Shown here: in pieces, positions 27,850 to 37,426 of the stretch
Layout of the letters: each line of letters opens with the position of its first letter
Position numbering within the stretch: the stretch's first letter is position 1
DNA from: Ilumatobacteraceae bacterium
GTDB lineage: Bacteria > Actinomycetota > Acidimicrobiia > Acidimicrobiales > Ilumatobacteraceae
Length of the DNA stretch: 64,000 nucleotides
Assembly (NCBI GenBank): GCA_963716665.1
Contig: CAVQTY010000006.1
Span: 2,036-66,035, forward strand
Direction: 5' to 3'
Translations under genes and position numbers: made by a program
Notes under the pieces: generated by a model
Told to the model about the DNA's origin: nothing
The model's database searches: none
Seen by the model: only the letters and a program-made list of their open reading frames with translations

Positions 27850-29553
27850 ATGGCCGGCGAGACGGCCGCCAGCCTCGCCGCCGACGCGGAGGCGCTGACG
27901 GCACTCCAGGAAGCGCTGACGGCGCGCGCCGAGGTCGTCAACGGCCTCCAGCAGGGCGCCGCCGACGACATCGTGGCGATCTCCGACGACTGGGGTGGTC
28001 CGCGGGCGATCGACGTGCTCGGCGCCGCCGACGCCTACGTGGAGGCGGTGTCACCAGCCGCCGGGGCACTCGAGTCGGCGGCAGGCACCGTCGGGACGTG
28101 GGCCGCCGACGCCCTCGCGGCGTCGGAGGCGATGGCCGTCCAGGAGCGGGCACTCTCGTCGGCCAACTACGTCCTGCGCTTGGGGATGGAGACGCCGACC
28201 GACCATCAGGACGCCGTCGACGATGCCGCTGCCGCGGCCAGCCAGATCGACGCCATCCGCGTCGCCTGGCAGACGACCTGCTCGACCTACGCGACCACGC
28301 TGTCCGACGCGATCGGCGCACTGTTCACGGCATCGACGACAGTCATCGCCGCAGACGACCCGACGGCGATGTACGACAACAGCTACTACGCCAAGATCGC
28401 CGAGCTGACGATCCGGGCCGGCCTCGACATCGACCTCGTCGACCCGACCGGACAGCTCGAGCAGGCGATTCTCGATCGCTCCGCGTTCCTCGGAAGCGAG
28501 GACGGGGCGCTGCTGTTCCTCATCATCGATACGGCGAACCAGGGCGACCTCGGCGAGGCGGACGGCAACTTCTCGATGGACGACATCCTCGCCGCCTGCG
28601 ATCCAGCGACGGTCGAGGCGCTGTTGCGCCAAGCCGCCGAGGCGAGCGGTCACGAGTGGGATGACGCGGAGTTCGACTTCCTCGTCAGCGAGATCGTCGG
28701 CACGGCTTGGATGATGCGAGCGAGCGAGGACGAGGTGTGGGAGGACGTCGACGACGACATCGAGTGGTACGAGAGCGGCGTCGTCAACTGGGCGAAGGAG
28801 AACCTCCTCGCCCCGGTCGCGAGCATCACCGTCGGAGCCCTGTGCTACTCCGCAGCGGTGGGCGGATCGACCGTGACCGGTGGCGCCAGCCTCGCCGGGG
28901 CGGCCTATTGCGGCGGTCTCGCCGCGGCCACCTACAACGCCACCAACACGTGGGCCCACGGCGGGTCGGCCGGCGACGTCGTCGACTCCTTCACCGATCT
29001 CGAAACGTGGGCCTACGGCGCCACCGAGGGCCTCGTGTTCCAGGGCGCGACGAACTACCTACTGCGCAACCCGGCGGTGCAGTACAGCACGGAGGCGCCG
29101 CCAGCAGCTGCCGACGATGTCGCCCGAGCGATCGACGATGTTCCGACGGCTCCCGCGACGCCGTCGGGCAATCAGTACTCGGTGGCCCACGAGATGCAAC
29201 TCGACCCGTCCGACTGGGGTCACCGGCGGGCGGTCCACGAGAACCGGGCGAACGCCTCCCTCGACACCGCGCTCAGCGCCGACGAGGACTTCGCCGCGGC
29301 GATGGACGACCTCATCCCCGGGGTCCACGAATCGGTCTCGTCAGTTGGTGGCCGGACCAACCCCGAAAACTGGACCTGGCACCATGTCCCGTCCTCGGCA
29401 GCAGACGGTCGGATGGGCGTGATGCAGCTCGTTCCCAGGGTGCAGCACGCCTCAGACACGGGTTCGATCTTCCAGGGCGCGTTCCACCCGGGCGGTCAGG
29501 GCGGTTACGCCGAGTGGGCTATACCGGCCGGAGCGCCCCCGAACGGACGATAA
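27850..29553 (+). CDS. Polymorphic toxin with WXG100-like N-terminus and C-terminal WHH/HNH nuclease
   Basis: Helical N-terminus with W-G-G at aa 48-50; Gly/Ala hydrophobic segment; C-terminus NWTWHH...MQLVPRVQH...FHPGGQGGYAEW. Confidence 0.82.
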   Translation: MAGETAASLAADAEALTALQEALTARAEVVNGLQQGAADDIVAISDDWGGPRAIDVLGAADAYVEAVSPAAGALESAAGTVGTWAADALAASEAMAVQERALSSANYVLRLGMETPTDHQDAVDDAAAAASQIDAIRVAWQTTCSTYATTLSDAIGALFTASTTVIAADDPTAMYDNSYYAKIAELTIRAGLDIDLVDPTGQLEQAILDRSAFLGSEDGALLFLIIDTANQGDLGEADGNFSMDDILAACDPATVEALLRQAAEASGHEWDDAEFDFLVSEIVGTAWMMRASEDEVWEDVDDDIEWYESGVVNWAKENLLAPVASITVGALCYSAAVGGSTVTGGASLAGAAYCGGLAAATYNATNTWAHGGSAGDVVDSFTDLETWAYGATEGLVFQGATNYLLRNPAVQYSTEAPPAAADDVARAIDDVPTAPATPSGNQYSVAHEMQLDPSDWGHRRAVHENRANASLDTALSADEDFAAAMDDLIPGVHESVSSVGGRTNPENWTWHHVPSSAADGRMGVMQLVPRVQHASDTGSIFQGAFHPGGQGGYAEWAIPAGAPPNGR

Positions 29554-29565
29554 GGAGCATCACGC

Positions 29566-29874
29566 GTGGCCACACACATCGCCCACCTCTACGGCCACCA
29601 CGAGGTCGCCACCGTCGACGCATTGCCGGCGTTGGTTGCCGAGCTCGACGACGCAGACGGCGAGCACACCGACGTGACCGTGCAGCACGAGTCGGGATGG
29701 GCGCTCTCTGCGTACCAGACCGGCCAGGTCATCTGGGGCAACGTCGAGGCCGACGCCGACGTCGGCCAGTTGACCGGCGTCTCCCGAGCGGAGATGGTCG
29801 AGCTGTTCACGTACCTCGTCAACGGCGACATCGAAGCCGTCGCGTCGCGACCGTGGGATCCCGACATTGGATGA
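29566..29874 (+). CDS. Probable cognate immunity protein
   Basis: 102-aa acidic protein directly after the toxin, with AAGGAG RBS. Confidence 0.65.
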   Translation: MATHIAHLYGHHEVATVDALPALVAELDDADGEHTDVTVQHESGWALSAYQTGQVIWGNVEADADVGQLTGVSRAEMVELFTYLVNGDIEAVASRPWDPDIG

Positions 29875-30196
29875 TCGCTACGCGGGCCGACCGTTTCTGC
29901 GACTGCTCGACTCGTTCTTCCTCTGGTCGATAGGCGCGCTCGATGATGCGACCACCTCCAAGCTCGAGGCGCTGACCCCGAAGTTCCAGCAGACCTACGG
30001 CATGGAGAGTGGGACGTGGCAAGAGGTCGTGATGAGCCAGATGGAGCTCGACGACGAGTACATCGAGTGGGTACGCGAGAAGTGGCGCCACCAGCTCGAG
30101 CACGACCGGAACGTCGGTCAGGAGCACAACCCGCTGGCGTGGGCGCAGGCGATGTCCGATCTGATCAGCTCGAACGACCTGCCGTCGATGTCGTGA
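29867..30196 (+). CDS. Hypothetical protein, candidate orphan immunity protein
   Basis: 109 aa, overlaps both neighbours; begins RYAGRPFLRLLDSFFLWSIG. Confidence 0.6.
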   Translation: MDDRYAGRPFLRLLDSFFLWSIGALDDATTSKLEALTPKFQQTYGMESGTWQEVVMSQMELDDEYIEWVREKWRHQLEHDRNVGQEHNPLAWAQAMSDLISSNDLPSMS

Positions 30197-30912
30197 GCGA
30201 GCGGCACCGCACCGTTGGCGTTCCGCCAGCGGAGACCTCGGCGCGCTGGGAGGACGAGCACGCCGACATACAGGAGGCCTACGCGACGTTCGCCGCGCCG
30301 CTCGCCGACGACCTCGAGCGTGCCGGTTTCCCGGTGGCGCGGCTGCGCGACCTGCGCCGTCGCGGTGTCGGCGGCCCGGCCGCGCTCCCCGTCCTGCTGC
30401 ACTGGCTGCCGCGAGTCACGTTCGCCGCCCTCAAGGTCGACGTCATCTACGCCCTCGGCAGCCCGTGGGCGCGGCCGGAGGCGTGCCGGCCACTGCTCGC
30501 CGAGCACGCCTTCCTCCACGACGAGCCCGGCGAGGCGGCAAGCCGTGTGCGGGCGGCGATCTGCACCTCGCTCGAGCGGATCGCCGACGAGAGCGTGCTG
30601 GAGGAGATCGTCGGTCTCGCCACGGACCGATCACTCGGCGCCGAGCGGGCCATGGCCGTCGTTGCCCTCGGCAACATGCGCCTCGCCCGCGAGCGCGTGA
30701 CGCCGCTGCTCGTCGAGCTGCTCGGCGACGAGCAGGTCGAGCTGTTCGCCCTGCTCGGGCTCAGCAAGCTCGGCGCCCGCGACTCGATCCGCGAGTTCGC
30801 CATCCGGACGAGACACCGCAACCCGATGATCCGCCGGCTGGCTGTGCGCACGGTTGCGGCATGGACGTCGACCGTGAAACCCCCGTCTCGCCACGACGGC
30901 GACCGCACCTGA
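30193..30912 (+). CDS. HEAT-repeat protein, candidate immunity protein
   Basis: ALPVLLHWL, ERAMAVVALG, LVELLGDEQV, ALLGLSKLG HEAT-like repeats. Confidence 0.7.
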   Translation: MSERHRTVGVPPAETSARWEDEHADIQEAYATFAAPLADDLERAGFPVARLRDLRRRGVGGPAALPVLLHWLPRVTFAALKVDVIYALGSPWARPEACRPLLAEHAFLHDEPGEAASRVRAAICTSLERIADESVLEEIVGLATDRSLGAERAMAVVALGNMRLARERVTPLLVELLGDEQVELFALLGLSKLGARDSIREFAIRTRHRNPMIRRLAVRTVAAWTSTVKPPSRHDGDRT

Positions 30913-30934
30913 CCCCGCGGGCCAGAATGGTGCC

Positions 30935-32194
30935 GTGCAGACGGTTTCCGAGCTGATCACTTCCCTGCCCGCCGACATTCCCACCGAGATCCGCGCCGTC
31001 AAGCGCCGGCTACGCGAGTCGCTGGGCGATCCGCGGGCGGCGTTGGAGATCGCCGCCGCGGCGATCAGCGACGAGGTCGCCGCCGTCGTCGAGGAGGCGG
31101 CCGAGGGCGAATCCACCGTTCCGGTCATCGAGTACGCCGACGTCGATGCCGGAACCGTGCCGGCGGAACAGGTCGCGGCGATCCGCAGGCGCGGCTGTGC
31201 CGTCGTGCGCGGCACGTTCGAGCGCGACGAGGCACTGGCGTGGGACGACGAGCTCGCCGCCTACCTCGAACGCAACGACTTCTCGGGCCGCTACCGCGGT
31301 CCGGCCGACGAGCTGTTCTCGGCATTGTCGTCGAGTCGCCCCCAGATCTACGGCGTGTACTGGTCGCGGCCGCAGATCGCCGCTCGCCAGCACGAGCGGA
31401 TGGTGAAGGTCCGTCGCTTCCTCAACTCGTTCTGGAAGCACGAGTCCGGTGGTCAGCAGTGGTTCGATCCCGACCGCGACATCGGCTATCCCGACCGCAT
31501 CCGCCGCCGCCAGCCGAGCACACCGTCGCTCGGCCTGTCACCGCACGCCGACTCCGGCTCGATCGAGCGCTGGCTACTTCCCGCCTACCAGCGCGTCTAC
31601 CGCCACGTCTTTGCCGGCGAGTGGGACCGTTACGACCCGTGGGACGGCGCCCACCGCAGCGAGATCCACGAGTTCCCGACGACGGTGATGTGCTCGGCGT
31701 TCCGGACGTTCCAGGGCTGGACGGCGCTGTCGGAGATGCGACCCGGCGACGGCGTGCTGCACGTCATCCCGATCCCGAGGGCAATGGGCTACGTCCTGTT
31801 GCGAGCGCTCCAGGACGACATCGCCGACGACGACCTCTGCGGGGCCGACAACGACCGCGTCCTCGCCGCCGTCGAGCAGTACCACGACGTGCTCTTGCCG
31901 GCGTACGGCCCGATCCCCGCCGTCGAACCCGGTGACACGGTGTGGTGGCACGGCGACCTCATCCACGGCGTCGGCGACGGCAGCAACGACGAGCGGTGGG
32001 GCAACGTGATGTACATCCCGGCGGCGCCGTGGTGCGACAAGAACGCGACCTACGCCCGGCTGTGCGGCGAGGCGTTCCTCGCCGGGCGCAGCCCTGGCGA
32101 CTTCGCCGCCGAGGACTACGAGGTCGACTTCGTCGGCCGGGCCACGCTCGACGACCTCACCGAGACCGGCCGCCGCCAACTCGCCCTTGAATGA
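30935..32194 (+). CDS. ybiU: DUF1479/YbiU family protein (2OG-Fe(II) oxygenase-like)
   Basis: PQIYGVYWSRPQ, YPDRIRRR, LSPHADSGSIERW, FRTFQGWTALS, WWHGDLIH. Confidence 0.88.
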   Translation: MQTVSELITSLPADIPTEIRAVKRRLRESLGDPRAALEIAAAAISDEVAAVVEEAAEGESTVPVIEYADVDAGTVPAEQVAAIRRRGCAVVRGTFERDEALAWDDELAAYLERNDFSGRYRGPADELFSALSSSRPQIYGVYWSRPQIAARQHERMVKVRRFLNSFWKHESGGQQWFDPDRDIGYPDRIRRRQPSTPSLGLSPHADSGSIERWLLPAYQRVYRHVFAGEWDRYDPWDGAHRSEIHEFPTTVMCSAFRTFQGWTALSEMRPGDGVLHVIPIPRAMGYVLLRALQDDIADDDLCGADNDRVLAAVEQYHDVLLPAYGPIPAVEPGDTVWWHGDLIHGVGDGSNDERWGNVMYIPAAPWCDKNATYARLCGEAFLAGRSPGDFAAEDYEVDFVGRATLDDLTETGRRQLALE

Positions 32195-32204
32195 CGACCG
32201 ATGG

Positions 32205-32612
32205 TCAGGCGGTGGTGCGGCCCAACACGATGACTGCCGATCGATGTCCCGGTGCTGATGCCAACGCGGCGTCACCGGTGAGCAAGGGCGCGTCGAGGAC
32301 CTCGGCCAGCGCCAGGTACAGGGCGTCGTACGCCGACACGCTGTGGCGCAACTCCCAGACTCGGGGCAGCAGTGGGAGATGGTCGTAGTAGGCGACGTCG
32401 AGATCACCGGCGTCGCCGAGGGCGGCGGCACCGCGGGTGGCATCGATGTCCCCGCGCCGCGCGAACCGACGGATCACCTGGGCGACCTCGGCGCTGAGGA
32501 GATGCGGGGCGTGGAGCGTCTCGGTCGGATCGCCGAGGCGGCCGGCGACTTCCGGGCCGTGGTCGAGACCGAGGACGAGCTCAACCACGGCCGACGCGTC
32601 GAGGACGATCAC
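32205..32612 (-). CDS. vapC: PIN-domain toxin
   Basis: MIVLDASAVVE, APHLLSAEV, SAYDALYLALAE, LLTGD. Confidence 0.92.
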   Translation of the reverse strand: MIVLDASAVVELVLGLDHGPEVAGRLGDPTETLHAPHLLSAEVAQVIRRFARRGDIDATRGAAALGDAGDLDVAYYDHLPLLPRVWELRHSVSAYDALYLALAEVLDAPLLTGDAALASAPGHRSAVIVLGRTTA

Positions 32613-32836
32613 CGCCGATCGCGCTCGGCCCGCACAGCATCGGCGGCGGACTCCGATGATGACGTGGCTGGCTGACGCTTGATCCGTGCGAGCAACTCCG
32701 ATCTCGTCGGGCGTTCCATCGCCAATCGGAGGGTTGCCAGGGCGTACTCCGACAGCGTCGTGCCTTCCATCGCCGCCCGCGCCTTGAGCCGGCGATGCAG
32801 TTCATCGGGCACATTGCGGATCTGGAGCATCTTCAT
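32609..32836 (-). CDS. vapB: FitA-like ribbon-helix-helix antitoxin
   Basis: MLQIRNVPDELHRRLKARAAMEGTTLSEY. Confidence 0.88.
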   Translation of the reverse strand: MKMLQIRNVPDELHRRLKARAAMEGTTLSEYALATLRLAMERPTRSELLARIKRQPATSSSESAADAVRAERDRR

Positions 32837-32907
32837 GCGTGAAGCATACTTGCATGCTTGACGCATGCGAGCCGGTCGATGCGGACAATGGTGGTAGCGT
32901 GGATGGC

Positions 32908-33168
32908 ATGAAATCACCATCGAGCGTCCGAGTGCGTGTGGACGCCCAGGGGCGCATGGTCCTCCCCAGTGGCTTGCGGGAAGAGGTCGTGTCGGTCCCC
33001 GGGGAGGTTCTCGTGCGCCGCACCGCCGATGGTCTGTTACTCACAGCTGCCGAGACGCCGGGCACGGTGCGCGTGGGCGACGACGGGTTCCCCGTGCTGT
33101 CGATCGGCCGCCGGGTCAGCAACGACGAGGTGCTCGCGTCCATCGAAAAGGAGCGCGCCGATCGATGA
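32908..33168 (+). CDS. AbrB/MraZ-like antitoxin
   Basis: VRVDAQGRMVLPSGLRE; overlaps the PIN gene. Confidence 0.8.
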   Translation: MKSPSSVRVRVDAQGRMVLPSGLREEVVSVPGEVLVRRTADGLLLTAAETPGTVRVGDDGFPVLSIGRRVSNDEVLASIEKERADR

Positions 33169-33560
33169 TGGACACGTCGGCGCTCGTCGCCGCGTTGATC
33201 GAAGATCATGAACACCACTCGCTCAGCCGCCCCCATCTCGTCGCGGACATCCGGCTGCCGGCAATCGTGGTCGCCGAGACGTTCGCTCAGTTGCGTCGCA
33301 CCTTCGGACAGTCGGCGGTGACGGCGACGGCCGTCGTGAGCCCGTTGGCCATGGGTTCGGGGAGCGTCCTGCCGACGACGGCGTCCGCAGTCTCGACGGT
33401 CGTCGCCCGCGCCGTCGAGCTCGACCTCGGAGGCAACATCCACGACGCACTGATCGCTCAGGTGTGCGCAGAGCACGACCTGCCCCTCGTCACCCTCGAC
33501 GGTCGACAGCACCGATTGGCCTTGGCCCTCGGTGCCCGAAGCACCTACCTGCTCGCCTGA
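33165..33560 (+). CDS. vapC: PIN-domain toxin
   Basis: MDTSALVAAL...HEHH, VVAETF, IHDALIA, LVTLD. Confidence 0.88.
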   Translation: MMDTSALVAALIEDHEHHSLSRPHLVADIRLPAIVVAETFAQLRRTFGQSAVTATAVVSPLAMGSGSVLPTTASAVSTVVARAVELDLGGNIHDALIAQVCAEHDLPLVTLDGRQHRLALALGARSTYLLA

Positions 33561-33699
33561 CCCCGTCAGGTCGTCCCCCGGTGGCACCTATGGAGTTCCT
33601 GACCGAACGGTCGTGAAACGTCCGTCGGTCGTCAGGCCGGCCGGAATTGGGAGAACAATTGGGCCCGCACTCGGCGACTGCACTGTCAGTGTGTGCCCG

Positions 33700-36429
33700 G
33701 TGGGGCACGACATCGTCGGCAGGGACGAGGAGCTCGACGTCCTCAACGAATTCCTCGACCCCACGGCAGCGCAGCCGCGGGCGGTCGTCCTCCAAGGCGA
33801 GGCGGGGGTCGGCAAGTCGACACTCTGGCAAGCCGCCATCGACATCGCACTCCGGCGCGGACTGCGCGTGCTCGCCGCGCGGCCGACGGAAGCGGAGCAG
33901 CACCTCGTCCTCTCTGGACTGGGCGACCTCTTCGAAGGCGTCGTCGACGAGGTCCTCCCGTCACTGCCGCCGGCGCGGCGCCACGCCATGAAGGCGGCAT
34001 TGCTCCTCGGCGAGCCCGGAACCAGCGTCGACACCCGCGCCCTCGCGATCGCTGTTCGCGACACCCTCGCGCTCATCGCCGCCACCGGTCCGACGGTCGT
34101 CGCGATCGACGATGTGCAGTGGCTCGACGACTCGTCGTCGAACGCTCTGTCGTTTGCGTGGCGACGGCTCGATGCCCCGGTCCTGTTGGTCCTCTCCCGG
34201 CGAGGCGACCGCGGCGACGCCTCCGAGCTCGAACGCTCCGTCCCACCCAGCCAGGTCGAGTGCCTGGACGTCGGCCCGGTGACCCTCGGCGCGCTGCATG
34301 AACTGCTCCGGACCAGGCTCGATCGGGTCTTCGCTCGACCCACCCTGCTGCGCATCCACGCCATCTCGGGTGGAAATCCCTTCTACGCGATCGAGGTCGC
34401 TCGAGCCCTCGACGAGCATGTCGACCCGGCACAGCCACTACCGGTGCCGAAGACCCTCGATGGACTCGTGAGCGCGCGCCTCGACCGGCTGCCCGTCAGC
34501 ACTCGGACGGGACTCGGGCTCGTGGCCACCGCTGGCGACCCGACGTGGAGGCTTCTGATCGCCGCAGGTGTACGCCGCGACGAGCTGGAGCCGGCGATCG
34601 CCGCTCAGGTCCTCGAGCAAGACGACGGCGGAAAGGTGCGCTTCACGCATCCGCTGCTCGCTTCGTCGTGTTACCGCCGGCTGTCGTCGAAGCGACGACA
34701 GGAGGTTCATCGGCTGCTCGCCGGTCTCGTGGAGGATCCCGCTGCGCGGGCCCGCCACCTCGCGTCGTCGACAGACCAGCCGGACCCCGAGATCGCCGTC
34801 GCGCTCGAGCAAGCAGGCGACGCCGCAACCGCTCGAGGCGCACTGGCTGCCGCCATCGAGCTCCGCGAGCAAGCCGTGCGCCTGACGCCGACCGACGATG
34901 TCGATGCCCTCCATCGGCGAACGCTCTCGCTCGCCCGCGCCCACATCTCCCAGGCCAATGCGCGTCGCGCCGACAAACTCGTCGCCGAGCTGCTCCGCCG
35001 CGAGCCGTCGGGGCGACGGCGCGCCGAGGCGCTCGACCTCGCCGCTGAACTCGCGCATGACGAGGCGGCGATCGCACTCTTACGGCAGGCGCTGAGTGAG
35101 TGCGCCGAGGATCCTGCGCTGCAGACGCGAATTCACCAGCGGCTGGGCTGGGAGCTTCGCTTCGTCGGGGATCTGGCCGGTGCCGCACATCACGCCGAGG
35201 CAGCCCTCGAACAAGCCGAGAAACTCGACGACGTCGGTCTCCGCGCAGCAACGCTGGCGACCGTCGCGAGCACTCGGTATCACTCGGGCGAGGCCGGAGC
35301 GCTCGACCTCGCCGACCGTGCCTACCGCCTGTTGGAAGACATCGACGATCCCAAGTTGCAGGTGGAGATCGCGAGCACCCTCGTGACAACCCTGGTTTGG
35401 TCAGGTCACCACGACCGGCTACGCGACCTTTTCGTGCCGTTCTGCGCGGAGTGGTCCGAGCGTGACGAACGACTGGCACGAGACGCGTTGTGGACGCTCG
35501 GGCTGGTCGAGTTCGTGGCCGGACGCTTCCGACTCGCCGCCGACCTCGCCGGCCGTTGTGTCGAGCTCACCTACCTCTACCACGACCACGACGAGCCTGC
35601 GTCGTTGTGGGTCGTCGCCGCCGTCGCGGCACATCGCGGCGATCTCGATGAGGCCGAGCGCGTCGCTGAACGCGGCTTGCACGTCGCCGAGCAGGACGTT
35701 CCCCTCTTCGTCGTCCACTTTCAAGGCTTGCTCGGGCTCATCGCGTTGTGGCGCGGGAACGCCCAACGCGCCTGTGAGCACTTCGCCGCCGCCGAGCAGG
35801 CGAACGATGCCGGCGGCTCGGGCGAGCCGAGCTTCGCCCGCTGGCGCTCCGACCATGCCGAAGCACTGCTCGCGCTCGGGCGACCCGACGAAGCGGAAGC
35901 CGTGCTCGATTCCTGGGAGACCGATGCAGTTCGCCTCGGGCGCGGGCCGGTACTGGCGACCGTGCTGCGCTGTCGCGGCCTCGTGGCGGCTGCGCGGGGC
36001 GACGTCGCCGACGCCGAGACACTGCTCGAACGGGCGGGAACTGCGTTGGCGGACGTCGGCAACCCATTCGGGCAGGCCCGTGCCCTCCTCGCCCTCGGTG
36101 CGGTTCGCCGGAGGGCCCGGCAGAAGCGGTCCGCCCGCGAGGCGATCGAGCAGAGCCTCGTCATCTTCGAGGAGTGCGGTGCCGAGGGCTGGACGGAGAA
36201 GGCGCGGGCCGAGCTCGGCGCCATCGGTGGCCGCCGTCGCGAGTCGGAACTGACCGCAGCCGAACGCCGTGTGGCCGCCCTCGCCGCCGAGGGACGCACC
36301 AATCGTGAGGTCGCGGCAGCGCTCTTCGTGGGTGAGCGAACCGTGGAGACCCACCTGTCGCACATCTACGCCAAGTTGGGAGTGCGTTCCCGGACCGAAC
36401 TGGCGGTGAAGCTCGTCGCGCAGTCCTGA
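33700..36429 (+). CDS. Large ATP-binding LuxR-family regulator (LAL/MalT-like)
   Basis: IVGRDEEL, GEAGVGKS, IDDVQWLD, GGNPF; C-terminal LTAAERRVA...TNREVA...TVETHL HTH. Confidence 0.93.
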   Translation: MGHDIVGRDEELDVLNEFLDPTAAQPRAVVLQGEAGVGKSTLWQAAIDIALRRGLRVLAARPTEAEQHLVLSGLGDLFEGVVDEVLPSLPPARRHAMKAALLLGEPGTSVDTRALAIAVRDTLALIAATGPTVVAIDDVQWLDDSSSNALSFAWRRLDAPVLLVLSRRGDRGDASELERSVPPSQVECLDVGPVTLGALHELLRTRLDRVFARPTLLRIHAISGGNPFYAIEVARALDEHVDPAQPLPVPKTLDGLVSARLDRLPVSTRTGLGLVATAGDPTWRLLIAAGVRRDELEPAIAAQVLEQDDGGKVRFTHPLLASSCYRRLSSKRRQEVHRLLAGLVEDPAARARHLASSTDQPDPEIAVALEQAGDAATARGALAAAIELREQAVRLTPTDDVDALHRRTLSLARAHISQANARRADKLVAELLRREPSGRRRAEALDLAAELAHDEAAIALLRQALSECAEDPALQTRIHQRLGWELRFVGDLAGAAHHAEAALEQAEKLDDVGLRAATLATVASTRYHSGEAGALDLADRAYRLLEDIDDPKLQVEIASTLVTTLVWSGHHDRLRDLFVPFCAEWSERDERLARDALWTLGLVEFVAGRFRLAADLAGRCVELTYLYHDHDEPASLWVVAAVAAHRGDLDEAERVAERGLHVAEQDVPLFVVHFQGLLGLIALWRGNAQRACEHFAAAEQANDAGGSGEPSFARWRSDHAEALLALGRPDEAEAVLDSWETDAVRLGRGPVLATVLRCRGLVAAARGDVADAETLLERAGTALADVGNPFGQARALLALGAVRRRARQKRSAREAIEQSLVIFEECGAEGWTEKARAELGAIGGRRRESELTAAERRVAALAAEGRTNREVAAALFVGERTVETHLSHIYAKLGVRSRTELAVKLVAQS

Positions 36430-36496
36430 CGAGCGTCACCAAAGTTACGGGGTTCCCACGATTTCAACGCGCGTCGGGATCCTTACCGTCGCTGAC

Positions 36497-36799
36497 ATGC
36501 CGATCTATCTCGTCGAGACGTACTTGCGAGTCGGCAACGCACGCGGACGCGCCGCACGCGAGCGGCGGGCGCGATCAGCAGCCGAGCAGCTGACACGAGA
36601 TGGGAAACCCGTCTGGTTCCAGGGCTCGATTCACATCCCCGAGGACGAGATCTGCTTCTTCACGTTCGACGCCAGGTCAGCTCGGACGGCCGCCGTCGCA
36701 GCGCGGCTGGCCGGGCTCGAGGCGCTGCGCGTCGTCGAGGCGGAGCTCGACTCGCTCGACCTCACCACATCACCAACCAGACATCAGGAGAACCCATGA
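36497..36799 (+). CDS. DUF4242/SCO4226-like small protein
   Basis: YLVETY...SIHIPEDEICFFTFDA. Confidence 0.7.
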   Translation: MPIYLVETYLRVGNARGRAARERRARSAAEQLTRDGKPVWFQGSIHIPEDEICFFTFDARSARTAAVAARLAGLEALRVVEAELDSLDLTTSPTRHQENP

Positions 36800-37368
36800 A
36801 CATCAACCACCGACTGATCGGAACCCTCGGCGTCGCGGCGTTCGCGGCCGGCCTCGGACCGGTGGCCGCCGTGGCGGCACCGCCGTCGACGGAACCACCG
36901 GTCCCGCCGATCGCCGTCGAGGAGCTCACCCGTATCGACGCCGACACACCAGTTCGCGGCGCGGTCACCGACAACGTCACGGCAACGATCACGGTCGCCC
37001 GCGAGGGCATGGACGAGATGGTTCTCGACGTTGCTGATCTCTCCAATGTCGCCGTTGCCAGGTTCACCGTCCAGCCGGGCGCCCAGTTCCCGTGGCACAC
37101 CCACCCCGGCCCGGTCATCGTCACCGTCACCCAGGGCGAACTCGTCTACGTGATGGCCGAGGGCTGCCACGAAGCGGCCTATGCCACCGGCACCGCTTTC
37201 GTCGACCCCGGTCGCGGGATGGTCCACACGGCCTACAACCCGACCGATGCCGAGACCGTGGTCGTTGCCACGTTCCTCGAGGCGCCGGCCGACGGGCCAC
37301 TGTCCATCACCGAGGGCATCACCGCCCCGGCCGACAACTGCGGCCTGCCCACCTCACCCCCCAGCTGA
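36796..37368 (+). CDS. Secreted cupin domain protein
   Basis: Signal peptide; PGAQFPWHTHPG...GMVHTAYN cupin motifs. Confidence 0.85.
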   Translation: MNINHRLIGTLGVAAFAAGLGPVAAVAAPPSTEPPVPPIAVEELTRIDADTPVRGAVTDNVTATITVAREGMDEMVLDVADLSNVAVARFTVQPGAQFPWHTHPGPVIVTVTQGELVYVMAEGCHEAAYATGTAFVDPGRGMVHTAYNPTDAETVVVATFLEAPADGPLSITEGITAPADNCGLPTSPPS

Positions 37369-37376
37369 CCCCGTCA

Positions 37377-37424
37377 ACCGATGGGTGTTTTGGGGACGGA
37401 ACGGTCCCCTAAACACCCATCGGT
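37377..37424. repeat. 48-bp REP-like palindrome between convergent genes
   Basis: ACCGATGGGTGTTT...AAACACCCATCGGT; related copies at 62209 and 48337. Confidence 0.8.
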
Positions 37425-37426
37425 CG

